Notes under the pieces: generated by a model
The model's input: only the letters and a program-made list of their open reading frames with translations
What the model was told of the DNA's origin: nothing
The model's database searches: none
From: Octopus sinensis
Lineage: Eukaryota
Assembly: GCF_006345805.1 (NCBI RefSeq)
Contig: NC_043023.1
Location: forward strand, 14,198,001 to 14,262,000
DNA: 64,000 nucleotides
Direction of reading: 5' to 3'
Position numbers and translations under genes: made by a program
Part shown: piece by piece, positions 11,768 to 24,906 of the stretch
Position numbering within the stretch: the first letter of the stretch is position 1
How the letters are laid out: every line of letters starts with the position of its first letter

Positions 11768-12141
11768 GGCGTAGGAGTGGCTTTATGGTAAGTAACTTGC
11801 TTACCAACCACATGGTTCTAGGTTCAGTCCCACTGCGTGGCACCTTGGGCAAGTGTCTTCTACTATAGCCTCGGGCCGACCAAAGCCTTGTGAGTGGATT
11901 TGGTAGACGGAAACTGAAAGAAGCCCATCATGTATGTATGTATGTATATATATGCGCGTTTGTCCCCCCAACATCGCTGGTGTGTTTACGTCCCTGTAAC
12001 TTAGCGGTTCGGCAAAAAAGAGACCGATAAAATAAGTACTAGGCTTACAAAGAATAAGTCCTGGGGTCGATTTGCTCGACTAAAGGTGGTGCTCCAGCAT
12101 GACCACAGTGAAATGACTGAAACAAGTAAAAGAGTAAAGAG
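11768..12141 (+). mobile_element. SINE family A
   Basis: Homology to family A copies. Confidence 0.85.
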
Positions 12142-12174
12142 TATGTCTATAACTGGTATTCTGTTGGTTATGTC

Positions 12175-12515
12175 GATGAGGGTTCCAGCTGATTTGATCA
12201 ACAGAACAACTCGCCCATGAAATCAATGTCCAAGTGGCTGAGTAACCCACAGACACGTGTACCCTTAATATATCTCTTGAGGAGATTCAGGGCAACACAA
12301 TGTGACAAGGCTGGCCCTTTTGAATTTATACGTACAACTCATTTTTGCCTGCTGAGTGGGCTGGAGCAATGTGGAATAAAGTGTCTTGCTCAAGGACAAC
12401 CCAAAAACTGACATTCCATTAATTACGATAACGAGGGTTCCAGTTGACCGGATTAATGGAACTGCCTGCTTGTGAAATTAAAGTGTAAGTGACTGAGTGC
12501 TCCACAGACATGCAT
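12175..12515 (-). mobile_element. SINE family F fragments
   Basis: gagggttccagttga...gacaaggctggccc block recurs at 13475-13675, 24110-24195 and 63187-63345. Confidence 0.65.
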
Positions 12516-12518
12516 ACC

Positions 12519-13462
12519 TATTTCTTTACTAAGGGGGCTAAACACAGAAGGGGCAAACAAGGACAAACAAATGGATTAAGTCGACTACATCGACCCCAGT
12601 GCGTAACTGGTACTTAATTTGTCGACCTCGGTGGAATTTGAACTCAGAACGTAACGGTAGATGAAATACCGCTAAGCATTTTGCTCAGCATGCTAACGTT
12701 TCTGAAACAGAGGGGACAAAGGACAGACAAAGGGATTGAGTCGATTACATCGACCCCAGTGAGTAACTGGTACTTAATCTATCGACCCCGATAGGATGAA
12801 CAGCAAAGTCGACCTCGGTGGAATTTCACCTCAAAACATAAAGACAGATGAAATATCGCTAAGTATTTCGCCGCCGTGCTAACATTTCTTATTTCTCTAT
12901 TGCCCACAAGGAAATAAACATAGAGGAGACAAACATGGACAGATAAAGGGATTGAGTCGATTATATCGACCCCCAGTGCGTAACTGGTACTTAATTTATC
13001 GACCCCGAAAGGATGAAAGGCAAAGTCGACCTCAGTAGAATTTGAACTCAGAATGTAACGGTAGACGAAATACCGCTAAGCATTTCACCCAGTGTGCTAA
13101 CGTTTCTTATTTCTTTATTGCCCACGAGGGGCTAAACATAGAGGGGACAAACAAAGACAGACAAAGGGACTAAGTCGATTACATTGGCCCCAGTGTGCAA
13201 CTGGTACTTAATTTTAATTTTCCCCGAAAGGATGAAAGGCAAAGTTGACCTTGGTGGAATTTGAACTCAGAACGTAATGGCAGACGAAATACATATATAT
13301 ATTTCTTTATTACCCACAAGGACGCAACTGGTACTTATTTAATCGACCCCGAAAGGATGAAAGACAAAGTCGACCTCAGTGGAATTTGAACTCAGAACAT
13401 AACAGCAGACGAAATACCGCTAAGCATTTCGCCCAGCGTGCTAACATTTCTGCCAGCTGCCA
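12519..13462 (-). mobile_element. Head-to-tail array of SINE family B (GGCGGCGAGCTGGCAG head), about 5-6 partial units
   Basis: Repeated atcgaccccagtgcgtaactggtactt...gaatttgaactcagaacg units. Confidence 0.85.
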
Positions 13463-13474
13463 CCAATGTAAGTT

Positions 13475-13675
13475 CTCAGGGAGATTCAGTGTGACACAGT
13501 ATGTGACAAGGCTGGCCCCTTTGACTTACAGGTACAACTAATTTTTGCCAGCTGAGTGGACTGGAGCAATGTGAAGTAAAGTGTCTTGCTTAAGGACACA
13601 GTGTGCTGCCAGGAATTGAACTCTTGACCTCATGACTATGAGCTGAACACCCTAAGCACTGAGCCCATGTAACTC
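13475..13675 (-). mobile_element. tRNA-derived SINE family F
   Basis: Reverse complement begins ggctcagtgcttagg...gagttcaattcc (A/B box-like), then ccttaagcaagacact. Confidence 0.65.
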
Positions 13676-13799
13676 CACTTTTTACATACTAATGTAAGGA
13701 TGTAACATGCTAATGATATGCAAATCAGGTCTCACAACCTCTTTCTGATGACCATGTTTCTTATACTCACCTGTTGTTTGGGAGCTTGCTCTAGCATGC

Positions 13800-14330
13800 C
13801 ATCACTACCTTTGTTTTATCTTTCCTACAGCAAGACACCTGTGCTTGCCCCTCTATCATACTCTAGCCTTTTAACACCTGGCATACACCCACCCAGCTGC
13901 ACCTGTGTTCCTTGACAGTTTGCTCTCGGACCCTATCACAACCTTCCTTTAATCTCCCCTACAGCAACACACCTGTGCTTGCCCCTCTATCAAACTCTAG
14001 CCTTTTAACACCTGGCATACACCCACCCAGCTGCACCTTTGTTCTTTGACAGTTTGCTCTAGGACCCTATCACAACCTTCCTTTAATCTCCCCTACAGCA
14101 ACACACCTGTGCTTGCCCCTCTATCATACTCTAGCCTTTTAACACCTGGCGTACACCCACCCAGCTGCATCTTTGTTCTGGTCTTGGACCCTATCACAAC
14201 CTTCCTTTTATCTTCTCTACAGCAACACACCTGTGCTTGCCCCTCTGTCATGCTTTAGCCTTTCAAAATTCAGCATACAACCACCCACCTGTACCTTTGT
14301 TCCTTACTCCAGCATCCTATCACAACCTTC
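13800..14330. repeat. Minisatellite, about 125-bp unit, about 4 copies
   Basis: ctatcacaaccttcc...cagcaacacacctgtgcttgcccct repeated. Confidence 0.85.
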
Positions 14331-14929
14331 TTTTTACCTCCTTCAACCATGTATCTCCTCTATAGCAACATACCAGCACTCGCCCGTCTATCACCTGGCA
14401 CACAGCCACCCACTTGCACATTGTTCCCTGAGGGTGTTTGCTCTAGCACCCCATAACTACTCTCCTCTTAACTGTATATATAAATGGCAGAATATGTGTG
14501 TGTGTGTGTGTGTACATGAATGTAATTTATGCACATCCACAAATCAGCATGCATGTGGGCTCCCATTTTAGGAGGACATTTGTCATGACCCTAGCTGTAT
14601 TTTCGTCAACTTATTTTTCCCCAGAGGCACAAGCGAATAGCAGTAAAAATAAATTTTCTACCAAAACTTTTAACAATTTTCAAGTCGGAGAAATCACCAT
14701 TATTTGCAAACAAGAGTTAAGTCCCCTTCTAACAACGAGTAGGTTTTTGTTAAGACCTTTGTTGGGGTTTTTTTCCATCGGGGAAAAGTGTTTTGTTGAT
14801 ATATGGGCAACACACACACGAACATGTATGCATACAAAAAACAAGTATGCAATAGGTGTACGTACGTACGTACGTGTGTGTGTGTATGTGTGTTGCCCCC
14901 ACATATATATATATATATATATATATGCT

Positions 14930-15285
14930 CGATGGCACGTTAAACACACCATTCGAGTGTGATCATTACCCGCGTTGCCTTACTAGCACTTGTGCTGATG
15001 GCACGTGTAAAAAAACATTCGAGCAAAGTCATTGCCAGTGCTGCTGGACTGGCTCCTGTGTAGGTGGCACATAAAAAGCACCATTTGAGCGTGGCCATTA
15101 CCAGTACCACAAAACTGGCACATAAAAGCACCTACTACACTCTCGGAGTGGTTGGCGTTAGGAAGGGCATCCAGCTGTAGAAACTCTGCCAGATAAGATT
15201 GGAGTCTGGTTCGCCAGACCTCAGTCAAATCGTCCAACCCATGCTTGCATGGAAAGCGGACGTTAAACAATGATGATGATGATGA
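14930..15285 (+). mobile_element. Dispersed copy of the RTE 3' tail (family C)
   Basis: gagtggttggcgttaggaagggcatccag...aacccatgc...ggacgttaaa(tga)n, as in 11560-11760. Confidence 0.8.
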
Positions 15286-15683
15286 TATATATAAACTAAT
15301 TTCAACAGATTTCGCCCAAATTTGACATCGATGTTACTTAGTTTGGTTTAAAATATAGAACTTGATTAGCTTAATAATCCTAACTTAATCCCGGGCAAAG
15401 CCAGGTTATACTGTTAGTCTCCTCTATAACAAGACACCTGTGCTTGTTCCTCTATCACACTTTAAAACCACCCACCTCCTACTTGCCCTCCCAAATACTT
15501 CCTCCTAGTAGTGAAACCTTTATTTCCCTTTTTCCCTGTCTTGCAAGTTACATGGCAACCTCACCAGTGCTGGTGGCATTAAAAACAAAAGGCACCCAGT
15601 CCACACTCTCTAAAGTGGTTGGCCTTAGAAGGGCATCCAACCAGAGAAACGATGCCAATGATGACATCACCAGTTCCCTGTCA

Positions 15684-16441
15684 GACACTGACTTTGCTGA
15701 CGACATCACTCTTATCAGTGATTCTCTCTCCAATGCCCAGTCTCTTTTACAATCTCTCGAACAAGCCTCAAATTGTGTAGGTCTTTACCTCAATGAGGCC
15801 AAGACTGAATATATAAACAAGTGCCTGTCCAACAGTGATTGCATCATCCATACTCTCAACAATGCGCCCTTAAATATGGTTTCTGATTACAAATACCTTG
15901 GGTCATACATATCATCATCTAGAAAAGACTTTCTAACTAGAAAGGGTATGGCCTGGTCAGCCTGTAATGACATGCATAAGATCTGGTCATCAAATCTAAG
16001 TAGAGACTTCAAACTTGAAATCTTCAAAGCCACAGTCAAACCAATTCTACTGTATGGCTCAGAAACCTGGACGTTATCAAAGAAGCTTGAGAGGCGGTTG
16101 AATGGAACCTACACTCGCCTCCTTATGAGAGCTCAAAATCTCTCGTGGAAGCGTCATCCAACCAAAATGCAAATATATGGGAAACTACGACCTATGTCAT
16201 TTCTTGTGAAAGGTAGGAGAGTCCAGTTTGCTGGACATTGTTGTAGAGCTGAAAACGAGGTAATTTCTACTGTTCTCCTCTGGAAGCCATCTGCTCGCGA
16301 TACCAGAGGGCGCACACTCTCCTACCCTGATGTAATCTCCAGGGATACAGGCATCCAGCAACAGGACCTCCGTAATGCCATGATGTACCGTGAAGTCTGG
16401 CGTAGCATGGTAAATTCCACAGTCGAACAATGATGATGATG
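15684..16441 (+). mobile_element. 5'-truncated RTE LINE of a second family, with 12-bp TSD
   Basis: DTDFADD...YKYLGS...LLYGSETW...RRVQFAGH; (TGA)n tail; AGTTCCCTGTCA at 15672-15683 and 16442-16453. Confidence 0.92.
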
Positions 16442-16589
16442 AGTTCCCTGTCAAACCATCCAACTCATGCCAGCATGGGAGGTGGATGAGGATGCCAATG
16501 ATGAAGAAGATAATGTCACATGAAATTTGGAGAATCCTAGAAAAGTGCCCCACAATCCCTTTATTGGGAGCAAGAGCCTAGATGCTTAT

Positions 16590-17990
16590 AAAAAAACTAA
16601 GATTGAAGCTGAATGGAACTCACACCTGAATGCTAAAAGCTGTCCTTAAACATATTTTGTAGAACTCATTTCCCCAAGAAACAGCTGAATGGAGATCTCC
16701 TGCCTGCTTCCACTATCATAAGGGAAAGGCACTTGTGGTTTGGGGGACAAGCTGGGACAAGAGCTGGCAAGAGCTTGCTATAAATGCCAAAGCATGGCCA
16801 CACTTGAACAGGTCACCCAAACTTCCATCTGAATGTTAAGTGCAGCCAAAACATATTTTGTAGAACTCATTCCACCAAGAAACAGCTGCATGGAGATCTG
16901 CTTATTTCCAACAACATAAGGGAAAGGCACTTGTGGTTTGGGGGACAAGCTGGGACAAGAGCTGGCAAGAGCTTGCTATAAATGCCAAAGCATGGCCACA
17001 CTTGAACAGGTCACCCAAACTTCCATCTGAATGTTAAGTGCAGCCAAAACATATCTCGGAGAACTCACGCCAAGAAACAGCTGCATGGAGATCTGCTTAG
17101 TTCAACCATTATACAGGAAAGGCACTTGTGCTTTGGGGGACATCGCTGGGAAGCTAAACAAGAGCTGGCAACTGACCTACGGCTATGGATGCTAAAGTAT
17201 GATCGTACTCGAGCAGGTCATCCAAACACATTATGCAAATGAATTCATCAAAGACACTGGATATCTCCCTAAAGACCTCCCTCAACTAATGCCGGACCAA
17301 GATGGATGATGTATGTAGATCAACTCACCAGGGACCCTGGATGTCCCCTTGAAGACCTCCCTCAACTAATGCAGGACTGAGATTGATGGTATGTTTAGGT
17401 AGAAAGGTGAAGATAGGCAAAGTGAGGTGGGAATGTATTCAGAATGCAAACAGACATAAGAGAAAGCCACAAAGTGTGATGCATAATGTAAGGGAAAGGC
17501 ATTTGTGCTTTGGGGGACATTGCTGACAAGGTAAACAAGAGCCGGGAAGTGACCTGCTGCTATGGATGCTAAAGCATGATCGTACTCCAACTGGTCGTCT
17601 AATACAACTCAGAGACACTGGCTGCCTCTCTGAAGATCTCCCTCAACTGAGGCAATGGTAGAGTCAATCCTTTTATGTGGAGCAACAGCCAAGGCACTTG
17701 CCAAAAAACTGTAATCCAAGGTGGAGAGAACTCATTCCACCAAGAAACAGCTACATGGAGATCTGTTTATTTCCACCATTATAAGGGAAAGGAACTTATG
17801 CTTTGTGGGACCTTGCTGGAAAGCTAAACAAGAGCTGGCAACTGACCAACCTATTGCTATGGATGCCAAGGCATGGCCATACTCAAGCAGGTCATCCAAA
17901 CACATTATGCAGATGAACTCATCAAAGACACTGGATATCTCCCTAAAGACCTTCCTCAACTAATGCTGGACCAAAATGGATGATGTGTGT
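16590..17990 (+). repeat. Tandem repeat derived from the 3' end of an RTE ORF2
   Basis: Units of about 200-280 bp translate to THSTKKQLHGDL..STIIRER.LCF.G..W.AKQELATD. Confidence 0.7.
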
Positions 17991-18079
17991 AGCTTAAAAC
18001 TGTCCAAGCAATAGCTTACCAAAATTGAGTTAACTCTATCCTTACATGTCAAAGTCACATGCGCAGGATTCAATACTCA

Positions 18080-18695
18080 ATTCCAGAGCAGTAGAAATTA
18101 ACCAGTGCATAACTGGTACTTATTTCATTCACTCTGAATGACGAAGTCAGCCTTTGCAGAATTTGAACTCGGAATGTAATATTAGATGAAATGTTGCAAA
18201 ACATTTTGCCCAACATGGTAATGACTTTGCCAGCTCACTGCTTTAATAATAATAATAATAATCCTATCTATTATAGGCACAAGGCCTGAAATTTTGAGGG
18301 AAGGGACTAGTTGATTACATCAACTTCAGGTTTTCACTGGGTCTTAATTTATCGACCCCAAAAAGATGAAAGGCAAAGTCAACCTTGGTGGAATTTGAAC
18401 TCCGAATGTAGCGATGGGTGAAATACCACTAAGCATTTTGCCTAGTGTGCTAACAATTCTGCCAGCTCACTGCCTTAATAATAAAAATAAGGGTTTCAAA
18501 TTTTGCCACAAGGGCAGCAATTTTGGGGGAAGGGACTTGTCGATTACATCAACCTTAGTGTTTCACTGGTACTTAATTTATCAACCCTGAAAGGATGAGA
18601 GGTAAAGGTCGACCTCAGTAGAATTTTAACTCAGAATCTAAAGACAGACAAAATGCAGCTAAGCATTTCGCCCATCAATGCTAACGATTCTGCCT
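18080..18695 (-). mobile_element. Three degenerate SINE family B copies separated by (TAA)n
   Basis: Homology to family B. Confidence 0.7.
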
Positions 18696-18705
18696 TAATA
18701 ATAAT

Positions 18706-19255
18706 TGCCCTGATGCAGTACCAGGCAGTGGCTCACATGGCTTCTGATCTTAACTGATTGGAGTGCTATCATGTACATTGTTTTGTCTTGGTATAAAAGA
18801 TGGGCTACAGCAAATATTCTGCTCAATACCACAGATTTGCTTGTCAGTTGTTTGACCTTAACCAGTTGAGCATGTCCCCTTAGTGGCTGACGATATGTGC
18901 ATCTCTGATCACGAGCAGAAGTAGTGGGGGAGCATCATAGCCATGTGTCGAGAGGGATTCTTTGGGGTTTGAATAATACACCTTTGGAAACATGAGTGGC
19001 TTGTTCAACATCCTTAAACAATCCTTATTCAGAGACCTTTTGAGCAGGATGGGTTACTCGACCAGAAAATTCTAACTGGGCCCCACTTGCAAGGTCATGC
19101 ACTGTTTATCTTGATATGAGATCACCATGTCGCGCACATATGGTTGTGATGCATGTGCCTGGTGCACCTTTATCAGACGGGTAGTCATGATGGGTACATT
19201 GGGCTTCATATATTTGTACCCCAATGTCACTTTGATAGCATGCATTGCTCTCTCA
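18706..19255. repeat. Dispersed repeat of unknown class
   Basis: The first about 140 bp recur at 52376-52515. Confidence 0.55.
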
Positions 19256-20091
19256 ATAATAATAATAATAATAATATTAATAATATTAAAAATGGCATAA
19301 GGCCAGAAATTTGGCAGATGGGACAGTTAAATTAACCCCATTACTTTTAATCAACCAGCCTGCCACTCCCATAATAGCAATAACAACAACAATAATAATA
19401 TAGTTATAATAATGATAACGACTCTTCGTTGGCCACAAAAACATTTTGCACAATAATAACAACAATGTTTCATTTAATACTGTTGATGACGATGACGATA
19501 ACGATGATGTGCATTCACTTCTAAGTGTTAATTAGGTAAGGGTCATAGTTCATTACGACAAAGCATATGTATTTTTGGGTCCTTAATTTTTGACCCCTTG
19601 ATGGATAAAAAGATAATAGGGACTGATGCAGGGATTGAACTGATGATGTGCATTGTAGTTGCACAGGCATAGTAAGACGTTTACTTCCCAACCACACAGT
19701 TCCAGGTTCAGTCCCACTGCATGGCACCTCTTGGGCAAGTGTCTCCTACTATAGCCTAGCACTGACTGAAACCGTGTGAGTGGATTTGATAGACAGAAAC
19801 TGAGAGAAACTCCTCATATATATGAGGGGGATGGGTCTGTCCCCTGCTAATAGCTGACAACCGGTGTTGGTATGTTTACATCCCTGTAACTCAGATAGAA
19901 TAAGTACCAGGCTTAACAATAATAAGTACTGGAAGCAAGTCATTTCTCAAAAAATTCTTAAAGGCAGTGCCCCGATGTGCCACACAGTGGGACTGAACCC
20001 AGAACCACGTGGTTGGGAAGTAAGGTTCTTACCACACAGCCATAACTGTCAGGTTGCTGTCACATGAGAAACCTTTGACTTTCTTATATCC

Positions 20092-20372
20092 GTACGTGGC
20101 CGTTGCCAGCGCCGTCCCGACTGGCCTCCGTGCCGGTGGCACGTAAAAAGCACCATCCGATTGTGGATATTTGCAGCCTCGTCTGGCCTCTGTGCCGGTG
20201 GCACGTAAAAAGCACCCACTACACTCACGGAGTGGTTGGCGTTATGAAGGGCATTCAGCTGTAGAAACACTGCCAGATCAGACTGGGCCTGGCGCAGCCT
20301 TCTGGCTTCCCAGACCCCAGTTGAACCATCCAACCCATGCTAGCATGGAAAACGGACGTTAAACGATGATGA
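20092..20372 (+). mobile_element. Family C (RTE-tail) copy
   Basis: Homology to 11480-11760. Confidence 0.8.
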
Positions 20373-20608
20373 TAAAAGGGCATTTTGAACCCAATATTAT
20401 CTACTTCAAGTACAGAGAAACAACAGGGCAATGCCATTAGTAAGAGAGGTTGTGAGGGTTGCCTGAGATAAACCAGCACATCATCTACAGCAAGCTCCTC
20501 AATTAAAAACAATTTATACGTCTATATACTGTCAGGTCAGTCTTGATCCAGTAGAAGCATATTCAAAGATGTTCCAGCTGTGACTGTCCCATCTGTTATT
20601 CAGACATA

Positions 20609-21018
20609 AGTGCAGGAGTGGCTGTGTGGTAAGTAGCTTGCTTACCAACCACATGGTTCCGGGTTCAGTCCCACTGCGTGGCACCTTGGGCAAGTGTCTT
20701 CTGCTATAGCCTTGGGCCAACCAAAGCCTTGTGAGTGGATTTGGTAGACGGAAACTGAAAGAAGCCCATCGTATATATGTATATATAGATGTGTGTGTGT
20801 GTCTTTGTGTGTCTGTGTTTGTCCCCACAACATTGCTTGACAACCAATGCTGGTGTGTTTACGTCCCCATTACTTATCGGTTCGGCAAAAGAGACCGATA
20901 GAATAAGTACTGGGCTTACAAAAGAATAAGTCCCGAGGGTCGAGTTGCTCGACTAAAGGTGGTGCTCCAGCATGGCCACAATCAAATGATTGAAACGAGT
21001 AAAAGAGTAAAAGAGAGA
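20609..21018 (+). mobile_element. SINE family A
   Basis: Full-length homology. Confidence 0.85.
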
Positions 21019-21411
21019 GTATAGTCTATCTAAACACATGGGTTGGTGGGGGGGAGGGATTTCACCTGAGTGGTGCAAAGGTGTCATCCACCAGGAGTAG
21101 TCAGGAATCACCAATAAATGGTGGATGCAGTGATGCTGTTACACTGCATCTCCCCACAACTACTACTACTCCTACAACAATATCTTTGGTACTGTGTGGG
21201 GACGGGCATCTCAATGAACAGACCCAACATTTCCTCTGTGTCGCAAAAGGCAGCCAAAAGTGGTTGAGGTAAGACTTTTCCTCTGACCTCTTAAAACCCT
21301 CATCAGCAACGACTACCCAAAACAGCCCCATGGGTTGGCGGGTTTTCACCTGAGGGGTGCAGAGGAAGAAGTCATCCGCCAAGGGTAATAGGGAAGAGTA
21401 GCCAAGAGTAA

Positions 21412-21830
21412 GGTGGCGAGCTGGCAGAAACATTAGCACGCCGGACAAAATGCTTAGCAGTATTTCGTCAGCCGTTACGTTCTGAGTTCAAATTCTGCCA
21501 AGGTCAAATTTGCCTTTCATCCTTTCGGGGGGGTCGATTAAATAAGTACCAGTTACACGCTGGGGTCGATATAATCGACTTAATCCGTTTGTCTGTCCTT
21601 GTTTGTCCTCGCTGTGTTTAGCCCCTTGTGGGTAGTAAAGAAATAGGTATTTCGTCTGCCATTATGTTCTGAGTTCAAATTCCGTCGAGGTCAACTTTGC
21701 CTTTCATCCTTTCGAGGTCGATAAATTAAGTACCAGTTATGCAGTGGGGTCGATGTCATCGACTTAGGCCCTTTGTCTGTCCTTGTTTGTCCTCTCTATG
21801 TTTAGCTCCTTGTGGGCAATAAAGAAATAA
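21412..21830 (+). mobile_element. SINE family B dimer
   Basis: ggtggcgagctggcagaaac head; second partial unit from 21650. Confidence 0.85.
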
Positions 21831-22246
21831 GGGTAATAGGGAATCACCAACAAAGGGTGGATGCAGTGACACATTGTTACAGTGCATTCCTCCATATTAC
21901 TATGGCCCCTACTACAATGTCCTTTGCAGTGTGGGAAGCAGCATGCCAAAGAAAAGACCCAACATTTCCTCTGTGTCGCAAAAGGTAGCCAAAAGGGGTT
22001 GAGGTAAGATTTGCCCTCTGACCTCTTAAAAACCTCACCAGCAACAACTACCCAAAACAGACCCATGAGTAGGAGGCTTATCACCTGAGGGATGCAGCGG
22101 AAGAAGTCATCCGCCAAGAGCAATAGGGAATCACCAACAAATGGTGGATGCAGACTTGTGAGTGATTTTAGTAGACAGAAACTGAAAGAGGCTTGTCATA
22201 TATATATATACGACAAGCCTCTTTCAGTTTATATATATATATATAG

Positions 22247-22430
22247 TGGCTGTGTGGTAAGTAGCTTGCTAACCAACCGCATGGTTCCGGGTTCAGTCCC
22301 ACTGCGTGGCATCTTGGGCAAGTGTCCCGGGCCGACCAATGCCTTGTGAGTGGATTTGGTAGACGGAAACTGAAAGAAGCCTGTCGTATATATGTATGTA
22401 TGTATGTGTGTGTGTGTGTATATATATATA

Positions 22431-22471
<41 letters not shown>

Positions 22472-22660
22472 CTCCCTAGCATTGCTTGACAACCGATGCG
22501 GGTGTGTTTACGTCCCCGTCACTTAGTGGCTCGGCAAAAGAGACCAATAGAATAAGTATTGGGCTTACAAAGATTAAGTCCTGGGGTCGATTTGCTCAAC
22601 TAAAGGCGGTGCTCCAGCATGGCCGCAGTCAAGTGACTGAAACAAGTAAAAGAGTAAGAG
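22247..22660 (+). mobile_element. SINE family A with an internal deletion
   Basis: Homology to family A. Confidence 0.8.
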
Positions 22661-22816
22661 TATATATATTACAAATAAGAAAATGGAGAAACAAATTAGT
22701 TGGTTTATCAGCTTTAGGATATTAGAATGTTGACTTGTTTATTTAACAAAACGAGAACCATAATACCCTAAAGCTGATAAACCAACTAAATTGTTTCTCC
22801 ATTTTCTTATTTGTAA

Positions 22817-23116
22817 TCTTTATATATAAAATTTAAGTTGTGTGTGTGAGACTCTGTCTCCTCCGATTTAGATTCCTAACTACTCCCACATTTTGCGGTG
22901 CAGTTTAACCGGGTATCTTATAGTCGTCATTCATATCGAGCCCTTCTGGGTATTAGCGCGCGTCTACGATGAGTCTACGATTTAAAAAAAATTTACCATC
23001 ATTTTTCAGCATTTTTAATGATTTTTGCTCGGGTTATATAAGGGAAGTAACTCTCTAAAAATGCTTATATAGTTATTTCCCTGACAAACCCGAGCAACGC
23101 CGGGCGATACTGCTAG
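22817..23116 (+). mobile_element. Non-autonomous Helitron-like element
   Basis: A|TC 5' end; CCCGAGCAACGCCGGG hairpin, then CTAG|T 3' end. Confidence 0.75.
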
Positions 23117-23503
23117 TTAATGGTAAAATATTACGGATTTTTGTCAGTGAACAGGTCGCGGTCTTAAAGCGACGAAAATATTTCGATAAAATTAAACTTA
23201 AATGTTGAAGTGAATCGAACGGCTTTTGTGTTTCTTAAATGGCTTATAAACACCTTCCATGCTGCAATTGTTTTCGTTTCAGCACACGATCTCAGATCAA
23301 ATCACTTGCTATGCAAGTACATCTCCGTATTTCTTTACCTTCACCCATTTAATACAATAAGTTAATTGCATTGCAATTAAAAACACTTGTGTATTAATAA
23401 TTTGGGTATTATACCAACAGTATAATGGATAAGTATTATCCCTTAGTGGGTTGTAGGTTGGATCCACAACCCCTAACTTACTTGGTGTTATATATATATA
23501 TAT

Positions 23504-24098
23504 GGCGCAGGAGTGGCTGACTGGTAAGTAGCTTGTTTACCAACCACATGGTTCCGGGTTCAGTCTCACTGCGTGGCACCTTGGGCAAGTGTCTTCTGCT
23601 ATAGTCTCGGGCCGACCAAAGCCTTATGAGTGGATTTGGTAGACGGAAACTGAAAGAAGCCCGTCGTATATATGTATATATATGCGTGCGTGTGTTTGTG
23701 TGTGTCCCCTAGCATCGCTTGACAACCGATGCTGGCGTGTTTATGTCCCCGTTACTTAGCAGTTCGGCAAAAGAGACCAATAGAATAAGTACTGGGCTTA
23801 CAAAAGAATAAGTCCCCGGGTCGAGTTGCTCAATTAAAGGTGGTGCTCCAGCATGGCCGCAGTCAAATGACTGAAAAGAGTAAAAGAGATATGCGTGTGT
23901 GTGTCTGTGTTTTTCCCCCTCCATTGCTTGACAACCAATGCTGGTGTGTTTACGTCCCCCATAACTAAGCAGTTCAGCAAAAGAGACTGATAGAAATAAG
24001 CACTAGGTTTACAAAGAATAACTCCTGGGGTCGATTTGTTCAACTAAAGGTGGTGCTCCAGCATGGTCACAGCTAGATGACTGAAGCAAATAAAAGAA
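23504..24098 (+). mobile_element. SINE family A plus a tandem duplicate of its 3' half
   Basis: Homology; 3' half repeated from 23890. Confidence 0.85.
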
Positions 24099-24201
24099 TG
24101 TCTGTGGTGTACTCAGCCACATGCACAGTAATTTCATAAGCTGGATTAATATCATGATCGGATCAACTGGAACCCTCGTTGTCAGAACCGATGGAGTGCC
24201 A

Positions 24202-24680
24202 TTAACCCTTTCGTTACCATATTTATTTTGAGATGTTCTGGGTTTCTTTCAATTAATTTTAAATATAACAAAGAATTTAGTAAAATAACTTTGTTATCAT
24301 TAAGCTAGTATTAGGAACATAAATTGTGACTAAGGTTTGCTGGAAGATTTTAATTCAGTATTTATGAAAACAAGACATTTGTACTACAGAGCCAGAGGCG
24401 GTTTCAGCGGGGTTGATATTAAAAGGGTTAAGAATTGTTTCTCTATTATATATCTTAACCCCTTTGTTACCATATTTCTGTTGAGATGCTCTGTGTTTCT
24501 TTCAATTAATTTTAAATATAACAAACTATTTAGTAAAATAACTTATCATGCAGCTAGTGTTAGGAACATAAATTGTGGCTAAGGTTTGGTGGAAGATTTT
24601 GGTTCAAAACTTATGAAAACAAGACATTTGTACTACAGAGCCAGAGGCGGTTTCAGCCGGGTTGGTAATGAAAGGGTTAA
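24202..24680. mobile_element. Two adjacent piggyBac-type MITEs (24202-24431 and 24455-24680)
   Basis: TTAA|CCCTTT...AAAGGG|TTAA termini. Confidence 0.8.
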
Positions 24681-24837
24681 GGTAGGAGTGGCTGTGTGGT
24701 AAGTAGCTTGCTAACCAACCACATGGGTCCGGGTTCAGTCCCACTGCGTAGCATCGCGGGCAAGTGTCTTCTGCTATAGCCTCGGGCCGACCAAAGCCTT
24801 GTGCGTGGATTTGGTAGACGGAAATTGAAAGCCTGTC

Positions 24838-24906
<69 letters not shown>

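Noticed and set aside
19635-19680. CUGAUGA followed by a perfect UGUGCA/UGCACA stem
   Set aside because: No GAAA, stem III or stem I
21270-21315. CUGAUGA...GAAAAGUC on -
   Set aside because: No stem II or stem I pairing
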